A DNA stretch of 64,000 nt from an uncultured virus (IMG/VR IMGVR_UViG_3300008113_000015) (Duplodnaviria; Heunggongvirae; Uroviricota; Caudoviricetes). The stretch covers positions 62,001 to 126,000 of the IMG/VR virus record IMGVR_UViG_3300008113_000015; one strand, 5' to 3'. The stretch's first letter is position 1. Each line of letters begins with the position of its first letter. The notes under the pieces are model-generated. The model was not told the DNA's origin, made no database searches, and saw only the letters and a list, made by a program, of their open reading frames with translations. Both the position numbers and the translations under genes were made by a program. Of this stretch, positions 1 through 9,103 are shown piece by piece.

Positions 1-362
1 CCAGGAGGGCCGCTCACAATCATAGCACGGATGTCACCACTCACTGTGGCCTTTGTCATCTCGTGCAGGATGTCAAAACGCTCACGGATACGATCCATGG
101 CCTCGTCGTCTGTCTCGACTACTGTGGGCTTCTCAAAATGTACTGTATTGTCTTGCATGGCATCTCCTGTTACATATTCAAAATCTTGGATGGAATCTAC
201 TTTGATACGCACGGTATCTGGGCAGTTGGGGAAGTTACCATCATTCTTGACAGTAACATAATTGCCTTTGGCGCCTGAGGCATAGCCTGACACCAAAGTA
301 AAAGCAATATTGCGGACGGGCTTGTTACGATACTTACCCTTAATGATACGAATGGCACTCAT
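1..362 (-). CDS. Putative P-loop/AAA+ ATPase, early gene (runs off the left edge)
   Basis: Not in the ORF track. Translated by hand from ATG at 362: MSAIRIIKGKYRNKPV...RERFDILHEMTKATVSGDIRAMIVSGPPG. The last residues are the start of a Walker A motif. Preceded by SD AAGGAG and a sigma70 promoter. Confidence 0.7.
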   Translation of the reverse strand, partial: MSAIRIIKGKYRNKPVRNIAFTLVSGYASGAKGNYVTVKNDGNFPNCPDTVRIKVDSIQDFEYVTGDAMQDNTVHFEKPTVVETDDEAMDRIRERFDILHEMTKATVSGDIRAMIVSGPP

Positions 363-392
363 GGTTGGCTCCTTGTTGTGCGTTAAAATTAA

Positions 393-421
393 ATTATAGC
401 AGATGTTGAATTAAGCGTCAA
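393..421 (-). promoter_or_regulatory. Sigma70-type early promoter
   Basis: TTGACG-17 bp-TATAAT with TG extended -10, followed by AAGGAGCCAACC-ATG (362). Confidence 0.85.
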
Positions 422-812
422 CCTTGACAGCCTCAATTCCAAACTGTTCGAGCAACACGGCTCGGCAGGCATCTACGGTGCGTTTAGTTACCACTACCTT
501 GCCGCCCATGAATCCCACATAGAGATTTCGGTGTGTTACAAACTTGATCTCACCATCGGCACCTGTGTGCTTTTGACGAGCGGCAGGTTTGGCTGTCGCT
601 GTCTTGGCAGGTGCCTTTGCAGGCTTTTCTGCTTTGGCAGGCACTGCCGCAGGCACTGGTGCTACCAGCTTAGGTGCGGCATTGACAGACCCATGCTTCT
701 TGTCATACTTGGCAATCTGCTCTGGAGTCATGCCCCAAGTGGCTAACAGACGTTTGACTTCTGTACCGGGCAGTTGATTCCAGTGGATGATTTTGTCGGT
801 CCAGTTCTGCAT
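411..812 (-). CDS. Hypothetical early protein with Pro/Ala/Lys-rich linker
   Basis: 133 aa ORF with SD AAGGAG and its own promoter; central PAKAEKPAKAPAKTATAKPAARQK. Confidence 0.75.
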   Translation of the reverse strand: MQNWTDKIIHWNQLPGTEVKRLLATWGMTPEQIAKYDKKHGSVNAAPKLVAPVPAAVPAKAEKPAKAPAKTATAKPAARQKHTGADGEIKFVTHRNLYVGFMGGKVVVTKRTVDACRAVLLEQFGIEAVKVDA

Positions 813-840
813 TGTGGCTCCTTTTAGTTACTATACAAGT

Positions 841-869
841 ATTATAACAAATTGGCAATTATTGGTCAA
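841..869 (-). promoter_or_regulatory. Sigma70-type early promoter
   Basis: TTGACC-17 bp-TATAAT, TG extended -10, then AAGGAGCCACA-ATG (812). Confidence 0.9.
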
Positions 870-874
870 CCGTT

Positions 875-1054
875 TTACGCAGAAGCAAACAACTTGCCCA
901 TTTCGCGGAAAACTACACGGCTTGCACGAAGCTGGTCAAATGTGAGATCGTCCTCACCGCTGTCTTGCATCTGTTGCAGGGTTTCCAGCAGTCCGGGCAA
1001 GGCCCAATCTTTTTGGTATTGCTGGACAACTTGCATGGCTTGTTCGAAGTTCAT
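875..1054 (-). CDS. Hypothetical small early protein (59 aa)
   Basis: Not in the ORF track. MNFEQAMQVVQQYQKDWALPGLLETLQQMQDSGEDDLTFDQLRASRVVFREMGKLFASA, with SD AAGGAG and its own promoter. Confidence 0.8.
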   Translation of the reverse strand: MNFEQAMQVVQQYQKDWALPGLLETLQQMQDSGEDDLTFDQLRASRVVFREMGKLFASA

Positions 1055-1085
1055 TTGTGGCTCCTTTGTTTCTTACTATGCTTAT

Positions 1086-1114
1086 ATTATAGCAAAATGG
1101 GAATATTCGGTCAA
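1086..1114 (-). promoter_or_regulatory. Sigma70-type early promoter
   Basis: TTGACC-17 bp-TATAAT, TG extended -10, then AAGGAGCCACAA-ATG (1054). Confidence 0.9.
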
Positions 1115-1120
1115 CCAGCT

Positions 1121-1147
1121 AAAACTGCTGAAATTTTCAGCAGTTTT
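1121..1147. terminator. Perfect palindrome, probable intrinsic terminator
   Basis: AAAACTGCTGAAA-T-TTTCAGCAGTTTT with T-runs on both strands, directly downstream of ORF 1167-1376. Confidence 0.65.
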
Positions 1148-1166
1148 TGTGGTATTTTTGCAACAT

Positions 1167-1376
1167 TTAGCCGTTGCGACGGGCTAACAGACGTACAAAG
1201 TCTTGTTGCAATTCTGCAACATCTTCGTTTGACACATAGAAGTCAGTGGTAGGATCGTAGTACTCGCCTGCTTTGGGATCGTAGTACAGAACCTGACCGT
1301 TGGGGTAGTGGAAAGGACCTTCTAAGCCCTTGCGTGGACCGTATTCCTTGTTGTGCTTGAAAACGATGTAGCTCAT
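1167..1376 (-). CDS. Hypothetical small early protein (Tyr-rich, YYDP twice)
   Basis: 69 aa with SD AAGGAG and its own promoter; GLEGPF..YYDPKAGEYYDPTTD. Confidence 0.8.
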   Translation of the reverse strand: MSYIVFKHNKEYGPRKGLEGPFHYPNGQVLYYDPKAGEYYDPTTDFYVSNEDVAELQQDFVRLLARRNG

Positions 1377-1402
1377 GGTGGCTCCTTTGTTGCTATGTTG
1401 TT

Positions 1403-1431
1403 ATTATAGCAAATTGGGTATTTTGGGTCAA
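1403..1431 (-). promoter_or_regulatory. Sigma70-type early promoter
   Basis: TTGACC-17 bp-TATAAT, TG extended -10, then AAGGAGCCACC-ATG (1376). Confidence 0.9.
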
Positions 1432-1435
1432 CCTT

Positions 1436-2176
1436 TTATTGCCACAGATCTTGTACTACTTTTTCGTTAATTTCGTGCGGTTTTGGGTGCCCGTGAAAAA
1501 CTAATACTGAAGTACGCGGGTCAATGTTGATGCCTGCGCCCGGTATCTTGTGACGACGCCGAGGAAAATCATACCCGCCGTCCACACACTGCCAGCGCCA
1601 ACTTTGAAACTGCCAGTCTGGCATGAGTCTGTAGCGGTTAACTCCCAGTTGATGTTGTATGTAATCTTGATCACCTGGGTAGCGGCGCATAGTGGTAGCC
1701 AAGTCTTTGGTGTTGAATTCGTCCCATAACCAGCTTACATTGGGCACATTAAACCACATCACACTGCTGTTAAGTCCTTGTTTGGTTGGCGTTTGCAAAT
1801 AACGAAAATCTCTAATAGCCCAGAGATAATTGAGATCTAATTTTGTGATCCAATCAATTTCACGCACAATCACAGTGTCAAGATCAAAGTACAGTAAATT
1901 GCCATTGAACAAATCTCGGTTGAACAACTGTAGCTTGTACCACCACGATTTCTTGGGCCCTGATACTCCGGGCCATTCTTCCAGGCAGTGCTTGACCATG
2001 TGCGGCGGAACTGATCTATGATGTTCAGTATACACATGTAATCTAATACCGCCAGGACGCACACGCTCCAACATGTTGTGCAGTTTTTCAACATACTGCC
2101 AATCATATCCTGTGCCGTGTATCACACAAGCACAGTCAATTATGTCGTCAGTGCGCTCTCTAATCTTTTTAACCAT
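1436..2176 (-). CDS. GT-A fold glycosyltransferase (GT8-like)
   Basis: LLYFDLDTVI (DxD), NSSVM, GDQDYI and FHGHPKP motifs. Confidence 0.75.
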   Translation of the reverse strand: MVKKIRERTDDIIDCACVIHGTGYDWQYVEKLHNMLERVRPGGIRLHVYTEHHRSVPPHMVKHCLEEWPGVSGPKKSWWYKLQLFNRDLFNGNLLYFDLDTVIVREIDWITKLDLNYLWAIRDFRYLQTPTKQGLNSSVMWFNVPNVSWLWDEFNTKDLATTMRRYPGDQDYIQHQLGVNRYRLMPDWQFQSWRWQCVDGGYDFPRRRHKIPGAGINIDPRTSVLVFHGHPKPHEINEKVVQDLWQ

Positions 2177-2991
2177 AGGCCTCTTTCTATTTCTTCCACA
2201 GTGTATTCAGTGTGACATATTTCAGTCAGCCACTGATCACGATCCACTGTGTAGGGCTGTTCAATATTGTCCAGGCTCACGCCCACTGGATAAGCCAAAC
2301 TGGTACTGTCGACCACGGGACGAACTCCAGCAATAGCGGCTTGTACGCCAGGTCCTGAATTGTAATTGACCACAGCATGACAATCAAAATGCATGTCAAA
2401 GCTGTCATAGGTATTTGCAATCTTTTGCGGATGTTCTATGTTCACACCTGGTGGTAATGGGAACAAAGGTGTACGACAACGTGGGTGCGGTCTTATTAAG
2501 ATAGGACGATCTGTGTGGGTGCGCAATTTGGTTAGGGTATTGCGCACCCATTCAGTCATGTTGGTAATGTGTTCAACCTGCAGGCTGCGAGCATGCTGCA
2601 TGGCCAAGATCACATGCGGCCGGGGTTTTATTTTTTGTGCCAGACTGATCTTTAATCGTTGCGGTCTGCCCCAGTCTAGATTTTCTGTGTGCCCATAATA
2701 ACCCTGTGCAGTGATATTGTTCACTGCAATTTTCCAAGTGTTGCCACGATACAGTGCGCCAATTTCCACAATGATTACAGGTTTGTTTTCCCTGCGGTAG
2801 TGTTCGTATACTTCACGATTTTTGCTCATGCGTCCGTGGAACAACGCCGACCAAATAATGACTGCGTCACTGTGCATGCTATTTTCTTGTGTTTGAATTC
2901 CACGTGCCTGTAGACTGTCTAACACAGCACTCATGACTGGTCCAGAATTAAGAGCACACTGCAAAGGAAAATAGGCTATGTTTTTGATCAT
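2140..2991 (-). CDS. KpsS/Capsule_synth-like GT-B protein (paralogue 1)
   Basis: IRPHP and VVNYNSGPGVQAAIAGV motifs; ATG at 2991 preferred over the TTG at 3003. Confidence 0.55.
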   Translation of the reverse strand: MIKNIAYFPLQCALNSGPVMSAVLDSLQARGIQTQENSMHSDAVIIWSALFHGRMSKNREVYEHYRRENKPVIIVEIGALYRGNTWKIAVNNITAQGYYGHTENLDWGRPQRLKISLAQKIKPRPHVILAMQHARSLQVEHITNMTEWVRNTLTKLRTHTDRPILIRPHPRCRTPLFPLPPGVNIEHPQKIANTYDSFDMHFDCHAVVNYNSGPGVQAAIAGVRPVVDSTSLAYPVGVSLDNIEQPYTVDRDQWLTEICHTEYTVEEIERGLWLKRLESALTT

Positions 2992-3002
2992 AAGTATCAA
3001 CA

Positions 3003-3797
3003 ATGAAATACACAGTAGTTACCACATTTAATGCAGCCGGCTACGAGAAGTATGGACGCAGAATGATCCAGACCTTTTTGCAAACCTGGCCAACCACAGT
3101 AGAATTACAGGTCTACGCCGAAGGCTGCACAGTCACAGAGTCTGCGCCCAATTTGCGAGTGTTTGATCTAGAAGCTGCCAGTGCTGAATTAGTGGCATTC
3201 AAGACTCGTTGGCGTGGTGTGCCCAAGGCCAATGGCGATGTGTCAGCAGATCCTGTGCGTGCCAAAAGAAAAGATTCAGGCAAAGGATTTAAATGGGACG
3301 CTGTGCGTTTTGCACACAAGGTCTATGCTATATTTGCCGCTGCTCGAACCACACACGACTGGTTGATTTGGATGGATGCGGACATGGTATGTCACAGCAA
3401 CATCACTGAACAGCGCATTGCACAACTGTGTCCAGATGATCGTGAACTTTGCTTTTTGGGGCGACGTGGCAAATTCAGCGAGTGCGGGCTGTATGCTATC
3501 AATCTTGCCAGTCAGAATGGGCAGCGTTTTGTGCAACGTTTTCAAGAAGCCTACGATCATGACAGAATATTCTACTATGCAGAATGGCACGACAGTTATG
3601 TATTTGACGAAATAAGAAAAATAGTGGCTTGTGCTGAATTAGATTGGAGCAGCCATTTGATCACAGGCGAAGGCCATCCCTTGATCAATTCAGAGTGGGG
3701 TGCTTACTTGGACCATTTAAAAGGTGCTAGAAAAAACACAGGGCGCAGCCTGGCCACTGATTTAAAAGTGCAACGTCAAGAACAATATTGGTCATGA
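3003..3797 (+). CDS. GT-A fold glycosyltransferase / nucleotide-diphospho-sugar transferase
   Basis: RFAHKVYA, LIWMDAD (DxD), WHDSYVFD and DHLKG motifs. Confidence 0.7.
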   Translation: MKYTVVTTFNAAGYEKYGRRMIQTFLQTWPTTVELQVYAEGCTVTESAPNLRVFDLEAASAELVAFKTRWRGVPKANGDVSADPVRAKRKDSGKGFKWDAVRFAHKVYAIFAAARTTHDWLIWMDADMVCHSNITEQRIAQLCPDDRELCFLGRRGKFSECGLYAINLASQNGQRFVQRFQEAYDHDRIFYYAEWHDSYVFDEIRKIVACAELDWSSHLITGEGHPLINSEWGAYLDHLKGARKNTGRSLATDLKVQRQEQYWS

Positions 3798-4576
3798 TAT
3801 TTCTCAATAAAAACAGCAACGACGAATATGTAGAAATGTTTGCCCGCGGCTGTGGTGCCAAGCCTACTGCACTGGAAACCTGGCGCTACGAAGATAGCAC
3901 AGATCCTTTGCTGATTCGTGGCATAATGAAGCACAAAATAATCAAACGCTGTTGGACAGATCGCAGAGAATTTCTGTACATGGATTCTGGATACTTTGGC
4001 AACAGAGTCAGCAGACAAAATCCCAACGGTTGGAAACTGTGGCATAGAATTGTGCCCAACAATTTGCAACACGGAGATATTGTTGCTCGACCTGCTGATC
4101 GCTGGGAACAGCATGGGATTGAACTCAAGCCCTGGCAGTCAGGGCGTAAAATATTGATTGCAGCGCCAGACGAAAAGCCCTGCAAGTTTTATGGAATAGA
4201 ACTAGAAGAGTGGCTAGCAAACACAGTGGCCGCCATCAAGCGCCACACAGACCGTCCTGTGGAAATACGTCAGCGCACAAAAAATCGACAGGCCAGAGTG
4301 GCCAATGCATTTGAACATGCACTAGCAGATGTACACGCTGTAGTCACATTCAACAGCATAGCAGCCACAGAAGCCATAATACAAGGTGTTCCTGCATTTG
4401 TGTTGGCACCCAGTAATGCTGCCCTGCCTGTGGCCAGCACAGATTTAAGCACAATAGATAACCCACGACTAGCAGATAGATCAACAGTTGAGGCCTGGGC
4501 ACATCATTTGGCTTATGGACAGTTTCATATTAGCGAGCTCCAATCCGGGCTTGCAAAGGAGATATTAAATGTATGA
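3794..4576 (+). CDS. KpsS/Capsule_synth-like GT-B protein (paralogue 2)
   Basis: YMDSGYFGN, HTDRPVEIR and VVTFNSIAATEAIIQGVP; ATGA overlap with the upstream stop. Confidence 0.55.
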   Translation: MIFLNKNSNDEYVEMFARGCGAKPTALETWRYEDSTDPLLIRGIMKHKIIKRCWTDRREFLYMDSGYFGNRVSRQNPNGWKLWHRIVPNNLQHGDIVARPADRWEQHGIELKPWQSGRKILIAAPDEKPCKFYGIELEEWLANTVAAIKRHTDRPVEIRQRTKNRQARVANAFEHALADVHAVVTFNSIAATEAIIQGVPAFVLAPSNAALPVASTDLSTIDNPRLADRSTVEAWAHHLAYGQFHISELQSGLAKEILNV

Positions 4577-5216
4577 ATTTCAAGGTTGGTGGTTTCCAGA
4601 CATGGAAGACCATTTCCCAAAAATGATCAACAAAAGCATCAGCAAAGGTGGTCCTGCTGAATATCAATATCAGGTACGCGACCGTAGCTTGCGCTATGTT
4701 AAAAACAATCGCGTGGCCCTGGACATTGGCGCCAACGTAGGCTTGTGGAGCCGCAGCCTGGTCAAACACTTTGATCAAGTCATAGCCTTTGAACCTGTGG
4801 CTATGTTTCGGGACTGCTTGAGCAAAAACGTTGTAGCAGAGAACCTGACTGTGCGCACAGAAGCACTAGGCGATCGCGACCAACAAGTCACAATGGTGCT
4901 AACTGAAGGCAACACAGGACACACTCACATTGATCCCAATGCACAAGGCGGCGAAACCACTGTGATACGCCTGGATAACTTGAAGTTAGAAAAAGTGGAC
5001 TACATCAAAATTGACTGCGAAGGTTACGAGTATCGTGTGTTGTATGGTGCGCAGGACACAATTCGTCGTTGCAGACCCATTGTTGTTGTGGAACAAAAGC
5101 CGCACGAAATGTATACCAAGGACTACGGACAACACGCTGCCATAGGCTTGTTGCAAGACTGGGGCATGGTTCGACTGGATCAAGTAAAAGATGATTGGAT
5201 CATGGGATGGCAATAA
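4569..5216 (+). CDS. FkbM-family SAM methyltransferase
   Basis: LDIGANVG, AFEP and IKIDCEGYE..VL.GA motifs. Confidence 0.85.
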   Translation: MYEFQGWWFPDMEDHFPKMINKSISKGGPAEYQYQVRDRSLRYVKNNRVALDIGANVGLWSRSLVKHFDQVIAFEPVAMFRDCLSKNVVAENLTVRTEALGDRDQQVTMVLTEGNTGHTHIDPNAQGGETTVIRLDNLKLEKVDYIKIDCEGYEYRVLYGAQDTIRRCRPIVVVEQKPHEMYTKDYGQHAAIGLLQDWGMVRLDQVKDDWIMGWQ

Positions 5217-5767
5217 TAGATCAAGCATACCAGCAACAGCTGGATCAACTGCACAAAGGTGGCAAGTTCGACAATGGCTACAAAAGCTATCCTATTGTCA
5301 AAGACTTTTTAACACAATATCAACCCACCAGCTTGCTGGATTTTGGCTGCGGACAAGGTGGCTTGATTCGTGCCATACAAGAACAACATCCTAGCATATT
5401 CTGTGAAGGCTATGATCCGGGCAATCATCAGTTCCGTCAGTTGCCCAAACGCAGTTATGACGCTGTGATTAGCACAGATGCAATAGAGCACATTGAACCT
5501 GCGTACTTGGACGAAACACTACGCATCATTGACAGCAAAATTCAACGCTGTGGCTGTTTTAGAATTGCCTGCTATCCTGCCAAGAAAAACTTGCCGGATG
5601 GGCGTAATGCACATTTGATTGTAGAACTTCCTGAATGGTGGCGTGACAAAATATTGTCTACAATGAATGTGGATATTGTGTGGGAAAAGATCAAAGTAGT
5701 AGACAAAACTGCAACGTGGCCGCACGTGAAAGGCCACAACTATGATGTAATTGTTCAGCGCAAGTAA
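5207..5767 (+). CDS. Class I SAM-dependent methyltransferase
   Basis: LLDFGCGQG, GYDP and DAVISTDAIEHI motifs; ATG at 5207. Confidence 0.8.
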   Translation: MAIIDQAYQQQLDQLHKGGKFDNGYKSYPIVKDFLTQYQPTSLLDFGCGQGGLIRAIQEQHPSIFCEGYDPGNHQFRQLPKRSYDAVISTDAIEHIEPAYLDETLRIIDSKIQRCGCFRIACYPAKKNLPDGRNAHLIVELPEWWRDKILSTMNVDIVWEKIKVVDKTATWPHVKGHNYDVIVQRK

Positions 5768-6684
5768 GGCAAGAACTTTTGATAGATGCGCCCTTCTCTC
5801 GCATCTTGATCACTCCAGTGTGCAGCCGCTAGGTCATTGATCCATTGGCTGCGATCAAACTGTTGTGGTTGTTCGATTCGAGTGATATCTTTGTTGGCCA
5901 CTGCCCAACTCACACAGCTGGAATCATCAGCAAACACAGGAACTCCAGAACATGCTGCTGCCACGCTGGCGCTGCTGTTGAAAAACACTGCGGCATGAGC
6001 ATTTGCTAGATTGTCCAACAGTGTGCTGGTTCTTGGGTCAACTACTGTAATGCCAAGATTCACATGGTGTCGTGATTGATACTTCACAAAGTCTCTAGCT
6101 TCATAAGAACCCGGATGTGGTCTGATCAATATTGGCCTTTTGCTGTATTGGCGTATTTGCCCAATTTTTTGTTCCAGCCAAACCAAAGGATCCAGTGTTT
6201 TCATTGCGAATCCGCCATCTCGTTGCATGCACACCAGCACATGCCCACGTTTGCTACCGGTATAGGGCAAGAGATCCACATTCAGGCTGGCACGTATTTC
6301 GTTCCATTTGTCCGGCGTGCTGTTGCGATTGGCATATTCTGCTTTGTCGTAGAACGGTCCGCCGAGACTGTATCGCAAATAGGTGCCAGTGTTGTCCAGG
6401 TACTTGAAACAGCTGGCATCTATGCACATGGTGTGGCTGCCACGACGAGCCTGTTCAGCAATGATTTGTTTGCGCAAGGTAATGTTGGGTCCACCAGTGT
6501 TGGTTGTTGCCCACCCCAGGATCACTGCCAGTTTAGCAGGGCGATATTGACAGTCCCATTCCACCCGCACAGGATCGCCTGACTGTTTTACACCTTCAGC
6601 AAAGCTCTCCAAACACTGTATCTTCCTGGCATGCTTGCGAGGGTTAGCTACAGAACTAACATACACTACAACATCATTGGCCAT
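5755..6684 (-). CDS. KpsS/Capsule_synth-like GT-B protein (paralogue 3)
   Basis: RPILIRPHP and AVFFNSSASVAAACSGVPVF motifs; ATG at 6684. Confidence 0.55.
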   Translation of the reverse strand: MANDVVVYVSSVANPRKHARKIQCLESFAEGVKQSGDPVRVEWDCQYRPAKLAVILGWATTNTGGPNITLRKQIIAEQARRGSHTMCIDASCFKYLDNTGTYLRYSLGGPFYDKAEYANRNSTPDKWNEIRASLNVDLLPYTGSKRGHVLVCMQRDGGFAMKTLDPLVWLEQKIGQIRQYSKRPILIRPHPGSYEARDFVKYQSRHHVNLGITVVDPRTSTLLDNLANAHAAVFFNSSASVAAACSGVPVFADDSSCVSWAVANKDITRIEQPQQFDRSQWINDLAAAHWSDQDAREGRIYQKFLPYLR

Positions 6685-7648
6685 TGAGAATCCGCCATGC
6701 TGTGCCATCACGCATTTCGGGTTCTGTAAACTGACAATAGGCCAGGTGTGCAGCCCAAAGATTTACTTCGTCCAAAGTTGGAATGTATGGCTTTTCTATT
6801 TCTGACAATTGTTTACTGCACAACGGAGCGGCTGCATTGGGTCCCAGTGTAATAGCAGGTTTGCCCAGCAACAGTGCTTCAGTGGCCGCAATACTTGAAA
6901 ATGTAACCAAACAATGTACGTCCTGCTCTAACGCCATGGCCATAGTATCGGTGCTCTGTCGCACACTACGGCTTTGCTTTTCACGCACAACAATAGGACG
7001 ATCAGTATGTTTTTTAATTTCTGCTTGTGTGTCTATTAACCACTGCTCAAGATTGATGTTGTAGAGATTCAGCAACTTTTGACTAGGCGGGGCTAGCAGA
7101 ATGTTGGTGCCTCGACGAAACTTGATGGGTTGTACGCCAGTGGCTTCTAGTCTGTCCCTGGGCCTATCAATAATAGGGCCAAAATACTGTACATCGTTTT
7201 TGGTAATACGGTGAAAGGTTTTCTTTTTTCCGTTGCCAAAATAGCCTGTGTCCATGTAGTAGAAGTCCCGACCACTGGTACGGCATGCAGCTATCTCTTT
7301 GCGCTTGGTAATACCGCGCAGTATCACAGGAGTCATTGCTTGTTCTTCTCGACTCCAGGTACTGATGCGGCCACCAGACCCTTGAATAAAACTTTGTAAG
7401 ATAGGATCGTACATGTGACCTTTTTCTGAAAATTTAAAATCTTTGCCATCGCTAGCAACTGCGGCACAAGCCCCGGTATTGAGTGCAGCTATTCTAGCGG
7501 CAATGTCTTCTACACTTTGTCCGTAGTACTCACCAGAAGGGTCCACTCTGTATTTTAATATGTCACGGAAGATAGCGGCTATCTCGGGTGTTACCATGTC
7601 TAGTTCATGGCGGGTCAAGGGCACTAGATCATCGTTTTCTTCACTCAT
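6674..7648 (-). CDS. KpsS/Capsule_synth-like GT-B protein (paralogue 4)
   Basis: YMDTGYFGN, HTDRPIVVRE, LVTFSSIAATEALLLGKP and WAAHLAYCQF; clear paralogue of 3794-4576; ATGA overlap. Confidence 0.55.
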   Translation of the reverse strand: MSEENDDLVPLTRHELDMVTPEIAAIFRDILKYRVDPSGEYYGQSVEDIAARIAALNTGACAAVASDGKDFKFSEKGHMYDPILQSFIQGSGGRISTWSREEQAMTPVILRGITKRKEIAACRTSGRDFYYMDTGYFGNGKKKTFHRITKNDVQYFGPIIDRPRDRLEATGVQPIKFRRGTNILLAPPSQKLLNLYNINLEQWLIDTQAEIKKHTDRPIVVREKQSRSVRQSTDTMAMALEQDVHCLVTFSSIAATEALLLGKPAITLGPNAAAPLCSKQLSEIEKPYIPTLDEVNLWAAHLAYCQFTEPEMRDGTAWRILNGQ

Positions 7649-8325
7649 AATCTTTGCTGGCAATATTCAGTAAGTATTCGTTCTCTGTGCCACTCGTTGC
7701 CTTGTGGAGTATCAGCAAACTCCTGAAAGCATGGCGTGCCAAGTGTGTAGTGCAGTAACTTGGCGTCGGCATTTGGCCCGTATTCATCAGGCAACCAGTT
7801 CCATTCAGGTGGGAGTTCGCCCACACGCTCATCATCCAGCCAAGTAAACCTGTGTAGTTCAGCACCGGTTGCTTTTTGCACAAACTCGGGAGTGAGTTTG
7901 CGATTGGGAAAACTGTTGCAGTTCCAGAGTATGACACTTGACCAGTTCTTGCGTGGATAATCTTCGTTCTTGGACCCTAGATACTTCTCAGTCATTCGAG
8001 TTTTGTAGTCATGCTTGACCACCATGACATCATTATAGGGATTTTGCAAGTCCCATAATTCAGCAATGTCCCCACGTACAATCATGTCGCCGTCTATAAA
8101 GATAGCCCATCCTGTGTACTCCATCAAGTGAGGCACCAAGAAACGTGTGTAGATAAAATGATTTGAGCCGTCTGTGTGCGTTTCTGAATAGTCCCGAAAC
8201 AGATTAAGTGCCACAGGCACAATAGCAACAGGTCTAGAACTGTTGCGAATGATTGAATTCACACAGGTATGATATGCTATGGCTTCTCTAGGATCATATC
8301 CTACAAATACAGGAATAGCTTTCAT
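7645..8325 (-). CDS. GT-A fold glycosyltransferase (GT8-like)
   Basis: FVGYDPRE, IFIDGD, YPRKNWSS, WNWL and HYTLGTP motifs. Confidence 0.75.
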   Translation of the reverse strand: MKAIPVFVGYDPREAIAYHTCVNSIIRNSSRPVAIVPVALNLFRDYSETHTDGSNHFIYTRFLVPHLMEYTGWAIFIDGDMIVRGDIAELWDLQNPYNDVMVVKHDYKTRMTEKYLGSKNEDYPRKNWSSVILWNCNSFPNRKLTPEFVQKATGAELHRFTWLDDERVGELPPEWNWLPDEYGPNADAKLLHYTLGTPCFQEFADTPQGNEWHRERILTEYCQQRL

Positions 8326-9080
8326 TTACGCTCAATGTCCTCTTCCACACAATCTTCGCCGTACTGAATTTCAATTAACTTGAGTGGTTGATTGGTTTCA
8401 TTGCACAACTGATGCCACTCACCAAGTTTGATCCAGGTGTGTTGGTGTCGCGCTGGACTAGCCATCAAGTCATAATCAGTGCTGTGTGGATCCACTGTGT
8501 ATACTGTGGCTTCACCTTCAGCAACAAACCAAAACTCTGCACGTTTTTCGTGCCGTTGCATGCTCAAGCATGTCTTGGGATTTACTGTGAGTTCTTTGAG
8601 TTTGGTGTTGGCACCCACTTCGTGTAACACTCGATAGTAACCCCAAGTGCGTTCAGTGCGCGGTTTCTTCCAGTCCTCAAGAATCCAGCTGGAGCTGTTC
8701 TTCTTGTCATGTCCCCCAACACCAAACACAAACTCAACGTCGGGCACTGACATTTCAGGAATGTTTTCCTGTGTGCGATCTCCGCCGTTGGCAAAAATGA
8801 TTTCAGCATTGGGATGTCGTGCTTTTACCATACGGATAGCATCACAACTGGACCCATCGTCGTCGTTGTAAACCACAACTTCGTCAACCACTGCAAGATT
8901 GCCAACAATGGCCATGCGCTCTTGCAAAGGCATGAAAGGCCTACCTTTTTTACGGGTAAGCCATTCATCAGAGTTAAGTCCTACTATCAGTCTATCACCC
9001 AGTGTTCGGGCAGCTTTGAAATAGGCAATGTGTCCAGAGTGCAGGGGATCAAATCCCCCAGTAACTATAACAATTTTCAT
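8322..9080 (-). CDS. HIGH-type cytidylyl/adenylyltransferase fused to a cupin (mannose-6-P isomerase type II C-terminal-like)
   Basis: TGGFDPLHSGH, GLNSD, KKG and GGDR in the N-half; RTWGYY, LSMQRH..RAEFW, WHQL and IEIQYG in the C-half. Confidence 0.85.
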   Translation of the reverse strand: MKIVIVTGGFDPLHSGHIAYFKAARTLGDRLIVGLNSDEWLTRKKGRPFMPLQERMAIVGNLAVVDEVVVYNDDDGSSCDAIRMVKARHPNAEIIFANGGDRTQENIPEMSVPDVEFVFGVGGHDKKNSSSWILEDWKKPRTERTWGYYRVLHEVGANTKLKELTVNPKTCLSMQRHEKRAEFWFVAEGEATVYTVDPHSTDYDLMASPARHQHTWIKLGEWHQLCNETNQPLKLIEIQYGEDCVEEDIERK

Positions 9081-9103
9081 ATTGCTATTTACTGGCAGTG
9101 CTG

